Positions 10,011-19,088 of a DNA stretch of 64,000 nucleotides are shown in pieces; position 1 is the stretch's first letter; each line of letters opens with the position of its first letter. The position numbers and the translations under genes were made by a program. The notes under the pieces are model-generated. The model saw nothing but the letters and a program-made list of their open reading frames with translations. It did not search any database and was not told the DNA's origin. The DNA is from Actinomycetes bacterium. GTDB lineage: Bacteria; Actinomycetota; Actinomycetes; S36-B12. The stretch covers positions 8,855 to 72,854 of the forward strand of contig JBAXSI010000007.1 in NCBI GenBank assembly GCA_037130755.1, given 5' to 3'.

Positions 10011-11984
10011 TCAGACCTGGACGCGCTCGTCGATCGCCGCCACGATCTCGGCGATGGCCTCGTCGACCTGCACTGCGTTCTTCTGCGTGCCGTCGCGGTA
10101 GCGGAAGGACACAGCGCCGGCCGCGACATCCTCATCCCCCGCGATGAGCATGTACGGCACCTTGTTCCTCTGCGCCGTGCGGATCTTCTTCTGCATCCGG
10201 TCGTCAGCGGTGTCGACCTCGACGCGCACGCCGAGTGCCCTCAGCCTCGCGGCCACGTCGAAGAGGTAGTCGTTGTGGCCGTCGGTGATCGGGATCGCGA
10301 CGACCTGGACCGGCGCCAGCCAGGGCGGGAACGCGCCGGCGTAGTGCTCGAGCAGCACGGCGAAGAAGCGCTCGATCGAGCCGAAGAGAGCGCGGTGGAT
10401 CATGACGGGACGCTGACGTGTGCCGTCGGCAGCCTGGTACTCGAGCCCGAACCGCTCCGGGAGGTTGAAGTCGACTTGGATCGTCGACATCTGCCAGGTG
10501 CGGCCGATCGCGTCCTTCGCCTGGACCGAGATCTTGGGGCCATAGAACGCGGCGCCGCCCTCGTCGAGGACGAGTTCGAGGTTCTGCTTGGCGGCTGCCA
10601 GACGCAGGGTCTCGGTGGCTTCCTCCCACACGTCGTCGGTGCCGACGCTCTTCTTCGGGTCGCGGGTCGAAAGCTCCAGGTAGAAGTCGTCGAGTCCGTA
10701 GTCGCGAAGCAGGTCGAGGGTGAACGTCAGGAGCGAGTCGAGTTCCTCAGGCATCTGCTCCTTGGTGCAGTAGATGTGCGCATCGTCCTGCGTGAAGCCG
10801 CGGGCACGGGTGAGACCCTGCACCACGCCGGACTTCTCGTAGCGGTACACCGTGCCGAACTCGAACAGGCGCAGCGGTAGTTCGCGGTACGACCGCCCAC
10901 GCGCGTCGAAGATCAGGTTGTGCATCGGGCAGTTCATCGGCTTGAGGTAGTAGTCCGCGCCCTGGCGGCGGACGACACCGTTCTCGTCGATATCCGCGTC
11001 GAGCTGCATCGGCGGGTACATGCCCTCGGCGTACCAGTCGAGGTGCCCCGACAGTTCGAAGAGCGCGCCCTTGGTGATGTGCGGGCTATTGACGAACTCG
11101 TAGCCGCCCTGCTCGTGCTTGCGCCGTGAGTAGTCCTCCATCACCCGCCGGACCACGCCGCCCTTGGGGTGGAAGACCGCCAGACCGGAGCCGATCTCCT
11201 CGGGGAAGCTGAAGAGGTCGAGCTCGGCACCGAGTCGGCGATGATCGCGCTTCTCGGCCTCCTCGAGGAAGGTGAGGTAGGCGCGCAGCTCGTCCTTGCT
11301 CGGCCAGGCCGTGCCATAGACGCGCTGGAGCTGCTCGTTGTTCTGGTCGCCCAGCCAGTAGGCGGCCGCGGTGCGCATGAGCTTGATGGCGTTCTGCGGG
11401 ATGTACCGCGTGTCGGGCACATGCGGGCCACGGCACAGGTCGCCCCAGCATCGTTCGCCGGTCTTGGCGTCGACGTTGTCGTAGATGGTGAGCTCCGAAC
11501 CGCCCACCTCCATGACGTCGGCGCCCCCCTCGCTGCCGATCAGCCGAAGCTTGAACGGCTCGCCAGCGAGCTCGCGCACGGCCTCGTCCTCGGCCACCAC
11601 GCGGCGTTGGAACCGCTGGCCGGCCTTGATGATCGCCACCATGCGCTTCTCGAGGGTCTGCAGGTCGTCCGGGGTGAACGGCCGTTCGACACCGAAGTCG
11701 TAGTAGAAGCCGTCCTTGATCGGCGGGCCGATGCCGAGCTTGGCATCCGGGAAGGTGTCCTGGACCGCCTGTGCGAGCACATGGGCGGTCGAATGGCGCA
11801 GGACTGCGAGTCCCTCGGGCGAGTCGACGGTCACCGGCTCGACGACATCCGATTCGGTGACCGGCGTGGCAAGGTCACGGATGACTCCGTTGATCCGGGC
11901 CACGACCACGGAGCGATCGCCACCCACGACGTCGAAGGCCGTTGTAGCCACCGGGATCTCCTCGCAGCACACAGACTCGGTCAA
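10011..11984 (-). CDS. thrS: threonine--tRNA ligase
   Basis: 657-aa ORF with a TGS/editing N-terminal part ([11 protein letters not shown]) and a class II core ([26 protein letters not shown]-like SIERF). Confidence 0.97.
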   Translation of the reverse strand: MTESVCCEEIPVATTAFDVVGGDRSVVVARINGVIRDLATPVTESDVVEPVTVDSPEGLAVLRHSTAHVLAQAVQDTFPDAKLGIGPPIKDGFYYDFGVERPFTPDDLQTLEKRMVAIIKAGQRFQRRVVAEDEAVRELAGEPFKLRLIGSEGGADVMEVGGSELTIYDNVDAKTGERCWGDLCRGPHVPDTRYIPQNAIKLMRTAAAYWLGDQNNEQLQRVYGTAWPSKDELRAYLTFLEEAEKRDHRRLGAELDLFSFPEEIGSGLAVFHPKGGVVRRVMEDYSRRKHEQGGYEFVNSPHITKGALFELSGHLDWYAEGMYPPMQLDADIDENGVVRRQGADYYLKPMNCPMHNLIFDARGRSYRELPLRLFEFGTVYRYEKSGVVQGLTRARGFTQDDAHIYCTKEQMPEELDSLLTFTLDLLRDYGLDDFYLELSTRDPKKSVGTDDVWEEATETLRLAAAKQNLELVLDEGGAAFYGPKISVQAKDAIGRTWQMSTIQVDFNLPERFGLEYQAADGTRQRPVMIHRALFGSIERFFAVLLEHYAGAFPPWLAPVQVVAIPITDGHNDYLFDVAARLRALGVRVEVDTADDRMQKKIRTAQRNKVPYMLIAGDEDVAAGAVSFRYRDGTQKNAVQVDEAIAEIVAAIDERVQV

Positions 11985-12083
11985 TTGGGATTTCTGATCC
12001 TAGACGCCCTTACGGCTCGCGGACGGCCTCAGGGTCGGCTGCCGCGGGCCCGCGCGAGCGGCGACAGGTCGAGTCAACGGTCA

Positions 12084-13490
12084 TCAACCGTAGAGGTGCG
12101 CGAAGGGCTGCATGCTCTCCACCGCCTGCGCGACGCGAAGGACCAGCCGATCCTCGAAGTGCCGGCCGACCACCTGCATCGCCATGGGCAGGCCGTCTGT
12201 GGACAGGCCGATCGGCACCGTGGCCGCCGGGTGACGAGTCATGTTGATGGGGTAGGTGAACGGTGTCCAGTCGACCCAGTGCGACTGCGTCGAAGGATCG
12301 GCGACGTCGGACCCGACCGGGAAGGCGACGATAGGAAGCTGCGGCGAAATGATGACATCGTAGGAATCGAGGATGCGGTTGACGGAGAGGGTCGCTAATG
12401 CACGGACATCGTCGGCGTCGAGGTACTCCTGAGCGCTGATGCTCAAGCCCCGGCGCATGGTCGCGACCAGGCCCGGGTCGCTGAGGGCCAGCTGCTCGGG
12501 CGGCAAGCCGGCAACCGTGCGCCCCAGCGCCGCATCCCACAAGGTCAGGAACGCGTCGCGACAATCAGGCAGTCCGAGCTGGTCGAGGCCAATCTCGTCG
12601 ACGAAGGCTCCGGCCCCGCCAAGCAGGCCGGCCGTGGTCGCCACGGCAGCAGCGATCTGCGGGTCCACGGCTGAGCGCGGGAAATTCGGGGCGTAGGCGA
12701 TGCGCAGCCCGACCACGCCGGAGTCGAGGTCGGTGGTCCACCCGCGGTCGTCGCGCATGGTCGGGTAGATGTCGCGTGAGTCCGGCACCGCAAGCACGGA
12801 CATCAGGTGCGCAGCGTCGCGAACCGTGCGGGCCAGCGGGCCCAGATGGCTCAGCATTCCCGACACGCCTGGCGGGTACATCGGCACGAGGGCGAAGGTG
12901 GGCTTGAGCCCGAATACCCCGCAGAAGCCCCCAGGCATGCGGATCGACCCACCGCCGTCCGTCCCGACGTTGAGGACGGCCATGCCTGTGGCGGCGGCCA
13001 CGGCGGCACCCGCTGACGAGCCACCCGACGTCCGGCTCGGGTCCCACGGATTGCGGGTCACACCGTGCTGCGGACTGTCGCCGAGCCCCTTCCATCCGTA
13101 CTCGGGGGTGCTCGTCTTGCCGACTATGACCGCCCCGGCCGCCAGCAGCAGCCGAGTGACGGGCGCATCGTCGGTGGCCAAGTCCTCAGGATCGGTGTGC
13201 ACAGACCCTTTACGGGTCGGCCACCCGCGGACCAAGACGAGATCCTTGATCGAGGTCGGCACTCCGTCGAGAGGCCCATATGGCGTGCCGGTCCGCCAGC
13301 GCGCCTCGCTCGCGCGCGCATCGGCGAGTGCACGGTCCCGGTCGACGAGGACGAAGGCGTTGAGCTCCGCGTCGCGCCTCTCGATGTGGTCGAGGCAGGC
13401 GGTTGCGGCGTCCACCGGCGAGAGGTCGCCGGAGGCGAAGGCTGCCGACAGCCCTTCGACCGTGAAGGTCCCGGAGTCGAGTCCCGTCAC
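12084..13490 (-). CDS. amidase (amidase-signature family)
   Basis: Contains GGSSGGSAAAVA-like SGGSSAGAAVAAATG and GTDGGGSIRMP. The 527-aa track ORF runs through a tRNA gene, so I start at GTG 13490. The exact start is uncertain. Confidence 0.85.
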   Translation of the reverse strand: MTGLDSGTFTVEGLSAAFASGDLSPVDAATACLDHIERRDAELNAFVLVDRDRALADARASEARWRTGTPYGPLDGVPTSIKDLVLVRGWPTRKGSVHTDPEDLATDDAPVTRLLLAAGAVIVGKTSTPEYGWKGLGDSPQHGVTRNPWDPSRTSGGSSAGAAVAAATGMAVLNVGTDGGGSIRMPGGFCGVFGLKPTFALVPMYPPGVSGMLSHLGPLARTVRDAAHLMSVLAVPDSRDIYPTMRDDRGWTTDLDSGVVGLRIAYAPNFPRSAVDPQIAAAVATTAGLLGGAGAFVDEIGLDQLGLPDCRDAFLTLWDAALGRTVAGLPPEQLALSDPGLVATMRRGLSISAQEYLDADDVRALATLSVNRILDSYDVIISPQLPIVAFPVGSDVADPSTQSHWVDWTPFTYPINMTRHPAATVPIGLSTDGLPMAMQVVGRHFEDRLVLRVAQAVESMQPFAHLYG

Positions 13491-13557
13491 GAGGGCTGCA
13501 CCGGGCCGCGGTGGCGTGGCATTCGAATAAGGCAGCGGCCGCCAGCGGCCATTCGGG

Positions 13558-13629
<72 letters not shown>

Positions 13630-13736
13630 GAAGCATGCAGGACTCTACCGCAGCAGGACGACGGCACGCGTTCGGGCCGCGTTCACAGCCGTCACACGCT
13701 TAACATGGAATATCGCTCGACAGCCAGGAGGCTGAC

Positions 13737-14930
13737 ATGAAGATCCAAGCGCCCCGAATCCTCATCGCCGCGATCACGAGCCTGGCTCTGTTCGGCCTGG
13801 CCGCGCCGCCCGCCAACGCTGCCGATGCGACCTCGATCAGCTTCACGTCGCCGACCACCGCCCAGATGGGCGTCTACAACACGCTGAGTGTCGCCATCGG
13901 GTCCTCCGGCAATCGAGCGGTAGGCGGCGTCCAGTTCTTCAGCACGGCCGGCCAGCTCATCGGCACCGCCTCGACGACCCCGAGCGGGGCCAACGGCGCG
14001 ACCGCCAGCATCCCGTGGGTGCCCACGCAGCAGACGACATACGCCTTCAACGCAACCTTCCTCCCCAGTGACCCGACCTTGGCTGGCTCCTCGACCGGAG
14101 CACCGATCAGCATCCTGGCGACACCCAATGGGCAGACGGTGTCGATCGCGGCGCAGCAGATGTACAAGGGCGTCCCGACGACGCTCACCGCGACCGTGTT
14201 CCCCTCCTCGCTGACCGGCTCCGTGGCGTTCTCCGCTAACTACAACGTCGACGGCATCTCGCCATCCCTCCCGTTGGTCAACGGGTCCGCGAGCTACACC
14301 TTCACGCCCGGCTCGACGGGCTGGCAGCAGTTCATCGTCAGCTTCACGTCGACGACGAACCCCGTCGTCCAGGGCGCAGTGAGCCAGTGGGTGAACGTCC
14401 TGTTGCCCCTCGGCGCCGATGACATCTCGCTCAATCCGCAGCCGGTGACGATGGCGAATGGCACGACGATCCAGCTCAACGCCACGACCGTCGGCGGAGG
14501 GTCTCCCGCCCTCTCGGCGGCCGGCGGCTGCACGCTCAACGGCGCCTTCCTCACCGCGAACGCCGGGAACGGCCTTTGCACCGTGACCGGCGTCACCGCA
14601 GCGAGCGGCGCATATGTCGGTGCCACCGAGAACTGGCCCATCGCCCTCGTCCCGGGCACGCAGACTGCCACAGTCGTCGCGCCGAAGTCCGGCAACGTGA
14701 AGGTCGGCAGGTCACTCACTTTGGCCAGCACGTCGGCACGCACCAACACCGGCAAGCGGATCTCCTGGGCTGTCGTGGTCGGCGCCAGCCGGTGTTCGCT
14801 GTCGACGTCGAACGGCCAGGTGCGCGTGACGTTCCATCGCGCAGGAAGCTGCCGCGTTCGCGGTTCGGCCGCCGCGGTGACGGGCGAGTGGAAGGCCTTC
14901 CGCGTGGATCGCGCGTATGTAGCGCGATAG
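13737..14930 (+). CDS. secreted Ig-like domain repeat protein, paralog 1
   Basis: 397-aa ORF with AGGAGG RBS and signal peptide ...LAAPPANA/AD. It is Thr/Ser/Gly/Val-rich with a beta-sandwich repeat pattern. Its C-terminal module is shared with the next two genes. Confidence 0.85.
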   Translation: MKIQAPRILIAAITSLALFGLAAPPANAADATSISFTSPTTAQMGVYNTLSVAIGSSGNRAVGGVQFFSTAGQLIGTASTTPSGANGATASIPWVPTQQTTYAFNATFLPSDPTLAGSSTGAPISILATPNGQTVSIAAQQMYKGVPTTLTATVFPSSLTGSVAFSANYNVDGISPSLPLVNGSASYTFTPGSTGWQQFIVSFTSTTNPVVQGAVSQWVNVLLPLGADDISLNPQPVTMANGTTIQLNATTVGGGSPALSAAGGCTLNGAFLTANAGNGLCTVTGVTAASGAYVGATENWPIALVPGTQTATVVAPKSGNVKVGRSLTLASTSARTNTGKRISWAVVVGASRCSLSTSNGQVRVTFHRAGSCRVRGSAAAVTGEWKAFRVDRAYVAR

Positions 14931-15017
14931 TCCGCTCACCTCGCCGAAAAGGATCGGCGCCGCCGGTCGTCCTGGGAGTACCGTCATCAGACGGCTGGAC
15001 AACTGGGAGGAATCGGC

Positions 15018-16523
15018 ATGAACGTCTTCAGGCGAGCACGTGGCACGGCGATCGGCCTTGGGGTGACCACCGCACTGCTTTTCGGGGGTGTCGGGGCAGC
15101 TGTTCCCGCGTCGGCCGATATCGGCAGTTGCGCCATCGCGGGCAACAGCGCTGCCGGGATCATCGGACAGCTCCAGGTGCTGAACATCAACAACTGCAAC
15201 GACGCCCAGAACGTGGTCGTGACGTTCGCCAGTGGCGCCGCTCAGACGGTGCCCGTCTTCAACGGCGCCGGAACCGTGGCGACCGCCAACTGGACCCCCA
15301 ACCAGATCGGTGTCGCCAATCTGGCGTTGCAGGGCTTCGATGGGTCCATCACCGGGACATTGGCGTCGTCGAACGTCCAACGCACTCCGACCAGCACCAC
15401 CATCTCGGCGCCGAACACGGCCCAGATCGGAGTGCCCACTCAGATCACGGTGACGGTGCAGTCCCAGAGTCCAAGCGGCTACCAGCCCACCGGCACCGTC
15501 ATCGTCCGGGACGGCAACGGCGCCACCATCACGACGATGGGATTGACGCCGGGAACCGGCACCGGGCAGTCGTTCGCGTACTGGCGGTGGACGCCGCCGG
15601 CGGCCGGCACCTACATCTTCCAGGCCACCTACAGCGGCGACACGAACGCTGTCGCGTCCACCTCGCCGGTCGACGTGATCTCTGCCACATCGAGCGGCAA
15701 TACCATCTCGCTCGCAGCGCCCGGAACCATGACGCAGGGAGTTCCCGTGGTTCTGACGGCCACGGTTATTCCGTGGAACGTCCAGGGCTCCGTCGGCTTC
15801 ACGCTCAACGGCCAGCCGATCAGTGCCTCCGTGCCCCTCATCAACGGAGTGGCCACGTTCACGTGGACGCCCACCATCGTCGGCAACGTGACACTGGGCG
15901 CGAACTACATGACGAACGGTGGACGCTCCGGGTCAACGTCCGATCCAGTCACGATCGTTGCCGGTCCGGCGTCGGTGGACGTCATCACCCTCACGCAACC
16001 GGGCTTCGGCGCGTGGGCCCCGAATGGTGTCTACACGCTGGGCAACGGCACCTCGTTCACGTTCCAGGCGACAACACTGTCGGGAGCAGCCGTGGTGCTG
16101 AAGAACACCGGTCCATGCACGAATATCGGCCTGACGCTGACAATCCCGGTGGGCTCAGGCACCTGCAGTCTGATCGCCACGAGCGCCGGCGCCGGGGGCT
16201 ACGCGGCGGTCAGTCAGGGCTACACGGTCAACATGGTGCCCGGCCAGCAGACGGCCACCCTCGCGGCTCCGAACTCGGGCCGGTTCTCCGTCGGGCGCAC
16301 CGTCCGCCTCCAGAATCCGTCACAGGGTCGGACGAATGCCGGTCAGACCGTCAGCTGGCGGGTCACCGCCGGCGGCAGCCGCTGCCGCATCACCTACCCG
16401 TCGAACGGTGCGGTCAACGTGCAACTGCGGCGTGCCGGACAGTGCACGGTCGTCGCCAGCGCCCGCGCGGTCTCAGGACAGTGGGCGGCCTTCCGGCTGC
16501 AGCGCACCTACACGGCACGCTGA
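15018..16523 (+). CDS. secreted Ig-like domain repeat protein, paralog 2
   Basis: 501-aa ORF with GGGAGGAA RBS and signal peptide ...AAVPASA/DI. It is collinear with paralog 3 over about the last 390 aa. Confidence 0.85.
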   Translation: MNVFRRARGTAIGLGVTTALLFGGVGAAVPASADIGSCAIAGNSAAGIIGQLQVLNINNCNDAQNVVVTFASGAAQTVPVFNGAGTVATANWTPNQIGVANLALQGFDGSITGTLASSNVQRTPTSTTISAPNTAQIGVPTQITVTVQSQSPSGYQPTGTVIVRDGNGATITTMGLTPGTGTGQSFAYWRWTPPAAGTYIFQATYSGDTNAVASTSPVDVISATSSGNTISLAAPGTMTQGVPVVLTATVIPWNVQGSVGFTLNGQPISASVPLINGVATFTWTPTIVGNVTLGANYMTNGGRSGSTSDPVTIVAGPASVDVITLTQPGFGAWAPNGVYTLGNGTSFTFQATTLSGAAVVLKNTGPCTNIGLTLTIPVGSGTCSLIATSAGAGGYAAVSQGYTVNMVPGQQTATLAAPNSGRFSVGRTVRLQNPSQGRTNAGQTVSWRVTAGGSRCRITYPSNGAVNVQLRRAGQCTVVASARAVSGQWAAFRLQRTYTAR

Positions 16524-16535
16524 CCGCTCCGTCGC

Positions 16536-16571
16536 TATGACCCCCTGCGCCCGATATGGCGCAGGGGGTCA
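16536..16571 (+). terminator. stem-loop after Ig paralog 2 (15-bp perfect stem, 6-nt loop)
   Basis: ATGACCCCCTGCGCC-CGATAT-GGCGCAGGGGGTCAT lies 13 nt after the stop. There is no U-tract, which is common in actinobacteria. Confidence 0.6.
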
Positions 16572-16651
16572 TCCCCGTCTGGGGCGTCTGAGCGCGAATC
16601 CCGCCCACATGCGGCTTACCGTAGAGACACCTACCACTTGGAGGAGTCTCC

Positions 16652-18190
16652 ATGCGTGAATCCCGCTTGCGTGGCATCGTCACCAGCGCCGCAGCCGCCA
16701 GCGCTGTCGTCCTGAGCGCACTCAGCTTCGGCGCCGCCCCGGCCATGGCCGTCACGACGATCACCGGGCCGGCCGTCGCGGCGCCCAACCAACTGGTGAG
16801 TTACACCATGACGGCCACGGTGGACACGCCGTTGTCCGCCGGCACCCTCCGCCTCGTGGACTGCAACACCTTCCAGAACCTCGGAACGAACTCCTACGTC
16901 GTGACCATGGGGGCCACCGGCAGTTTCGCCTTCGCCTTCGTCACGCCTGGCTTTGCCACGACGATGGCACCGTGCGCCGTCCTGTTCGATCTCGACTTGG
17001 GCGGGAGCACCACTCTTGCCGCGACGAACCTGCAGGTCTCTGGGTCCTTCGCCACGACGACCACGGTCAACTCTCCTGACACCGCCAAGCTCGGCGTCGC
17101 CACGCAGATCCAGGTCACCGTCCAGTCGGCAAGCCCTAGTTCCTACAACCCGACCGGCCAGGTCGTGGTGAAGGACATCAATGGCGCACCCCTCAAGACC
17201 ATGGGCCTGACGCCCGGACCGGGCACCGGCCAGTCGTACGCCTATTACTGGTGGACTCCGACGGTCGCCGGTACGTACACCTTCCAGGCCTTCTACAGCG
17301 GCGACGCCTACGCTGTGAAGTCGCAATCGCCGATCGACACCACGATCGCCACATCCAGCGGCAACCCGATCTCGTTGTCGCTTCCGCCGTCACTGACGGT
17401 CGGTGTTCCGACGACGCTGCAGGCGAACGTCTTCCCCGCGACGATCCAAGGCTCCGTCGGATTCACTCTCAACGGCGCACCTATCACGGCCTCAATCCCG
17501 ATCGTCAATGGTGTCGCGCAGGCAAGCTGGACGCCGACCTTTGCTGGCACGGTGACCATCGGCGCCAGCTACACGACCAACCAGGGCGGAACCGGCAGCA
17601 CCAGCCAGCCGATCCCGATCGTGGCTGGACCGGTGAGCTCCGATGTGATCACGCTGACCCAGCCCGGGTTCGGCATCTGGGCGCCGAACGGCACCTACAA
17701 CATGGGCACCGGCTCCTCCTTCACCTTCCTCGCCTCCACCCTGTCGGGCGCCGGCGTGACGATGAAGAACAACGGCGCCTGCACGAACAACGGCCTGACC
17801 CTCACCGTTTCCACGGGCAGCGGCGTCTGCACGCTGTCGGTCTCCAGCCCCGGTGGCAACGGATACGGTCCGGTGACGCAGAACTACGTCGTGAACCAGA
17901 TCCCCGGTCCGCAGACGGCGACCGTCGCCGCACCGCAGTCCGGCAAGCTGACCAAGGGCCGCACCTACGTCCTTGAGAGCCCGGCGCAGGCAGATACCAA
18001 TGCCGGCCAGAACATCTCCTGGAAGATCACCAAGGGCAAGAACAGCGTGTGCAAGCTGGTCTACCCGAACAGCGGTGCAGTGAACGTGAAGATGCTCAAG
18101 AAGGGCACCTGCAACGTCAAGGGCTCGGCACCGGGCGTCCCCAACATGTGGAACCCCTACACCGTGACTCGCAGCTACACCGTGAAGTAG
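16652..18190 (+). CDS. secreted Ig-like domain repeat protein, paralog 3
   Basis: 512-aa ORF with GGAGGAG RBS and signal peptide ...GAAPAMA/VT. It has the same architecture as paralog 2, but its C-terminal module is Lys-rich. Confidence 0.85.
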   Translation: MRESRLRGIVTSAAAASAVVLSALSFGAAPAMAVTTITGPAVAAPNQLVSYTMTATVDTPLSAGTLRLVDCNTFQNLGTNSYVVTMGATGSFAFAFVTPGFATTMAPCAVLFDLDLGGSTTLAATNLQVSGSFATTTTVNSPDTAKLGVATQIQVTVQSASPSSYNPTGQVVVKDINGAPLKTMGLTPGPGTGQSYAYYWWTPTVAGTYTFQAFYSGDAYAVKSQSPIDTTIATSSGNPISLSLPPSLTVGVPTTLQANVFPATIQGSVGFTLNGAPITASIPIVNGVAQASWTPTFAGTVTIGASYTTNQGGTGSTSQPIPIVAGPVSSDVITLTQPGFGIWAPNGTYNMGTGSSFTFLASTLSGAGVTMKNNGACTNNGLTLTVSTGSGVCTLSVSSPGGNGYGPVTQNYVVNQIPGPQTATVAAPQSGKLTKGRTYVLESPAQADTNAGQNISWKITKGKNSVCKLVYPNSGAVNVKMLKKGTCNVKGSAPGVPNMWNPYTVTRSYTVK

Positions 18191-18212
18191 CAGCGTCTTC
18201 CGCAGAACCGAA

Positions 18213-18248
18213 CTTGAGGGGCCCGCGCCAAGGCGCGGGCCCCTCAAG
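18213..18248. terminator. bidirectional stem-loop between convergent genes
   Basis: CTTGAGGGGCCCGCGCC-AA-GGCGCGGGCCCCTCAAG is a 17-nt perfect inverted repeat (effective stem about 15 bp). It lies between the stop at 18190 (+) and the stop at 18255 (-). Confidence 0.65.
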
Positions 18249-18254
18249 CCTTGT

Positions 18255-19088
18255 TCAGGGGTCGATGTCTTGAGCAGCCCGCTCGTCGAAGGCGGCGGCG
18301 AGAGCAGCGCACACCGGCCCGGCCTGAGCCCAAAGCCGTTCGTCGCTTCGGGTCACTGGGTGCACGTTGCGTGTCGAGGACGTCAGGAATACTTCGTCCG
18401 CGCTCTCGAGCACCTGCAAGGCCAGGCCCGTCTCGACCCCGCCGAACCACTCCAGCACGAGCTCCCGGGTGATGCCTGCGAGGCAGCCGCTGGAGAGCGA
18501 TGGCGTGAGCACCGCGCCGTCCACCACCACGAAGATGTTGGTGCCGGTGCCCTCGCACAGCTCGCCGCGACCGTTGCCGAAGACGGCCTCGCTCGCCCCC
18601 CGGTCATGCGCCCACTGGAGCGCGACCACGTTCTCGCCGTAGGAGGTCGACTTCACCCCGGCGATCGCGGAGTTCTCGTTGCGTGTCCACGGCACCGTGA
18701 CGATCGAGGTCGTTTCGGGCCAGGGTGTCGTCGGCGCCGCCGCCACGACCAGCGTAGGGACGACGTTGCCTCGATCACTGCCGAGCGGTCCCACTCCCCC
18801 GGTGTACGTGATCCGCAGACGACCCTGGCCACCCAGATCGGATGCTTCGAGCACGTCTTCGACCGCAGAACGCACCACGTCGTCGTCGGGCGTCGGCATC
18901 CCCATCGCGCTGGCGGATGCGTTGAGGCGCCGCAGGTGCCGGGTGAGTGCGAACGGGCCGGTCGAAGTGACCTTCAGTGTCTCGAAGACACCGTCGCCGA
19001 CGGTGAACGCGTGGTCGAGCACGCTGACCCGCGCGTCCTGGGATTCGTGCAACGAACCGCCATCACGGGTTCCGACCCACGTCCTCAT
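18255..19088 (-). CDS. pabC: class IV aminotransferase fold protein, aminodeoxychorismate lyase-like
   Basis: 277-aa ORF with VFETLKV, GVKSTSY and EGTGTNIF motifs of the BCAT/ADCL fold. ATGA overlap with the upstream chorismate-binding gene supports the PabC role. Confidence 0.75.
   Translation of the reverse strand: MRTWVGTRDGGSLHESQDARVSVLDHAFTVGDGVFETLKVTSTGPFALTRHLRRLNASASAMGMPTPDDDVVRSAVEDVLEASDLGGQGRLRITYTGGVGPLGSDRGNVVPTLVVAAAPTTPWPETTSIVTVPWTRNENSAIAGVKSTSYGENVVALQWAHDRGASEAVFGNGRGELCEGTGTNIFVVVDGAVLTPSLSSGCLAGITRELVLEWFGGVETGLALQVLESADEVFLTSSTRNVHPVTRSDERLWAQAGPVCAALAAAFDERAAQDIDP

Noticed and set aside
14576-16540. 654-aa + strand ORF spanning two Ig-like genes and their intergenic region
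   Set aside because: It is an off-frame read-through (Arg/His/Gly-rich) that crosses an RBS and start region. The in-frame Ig-like proteins have signal peptides and paralog support.
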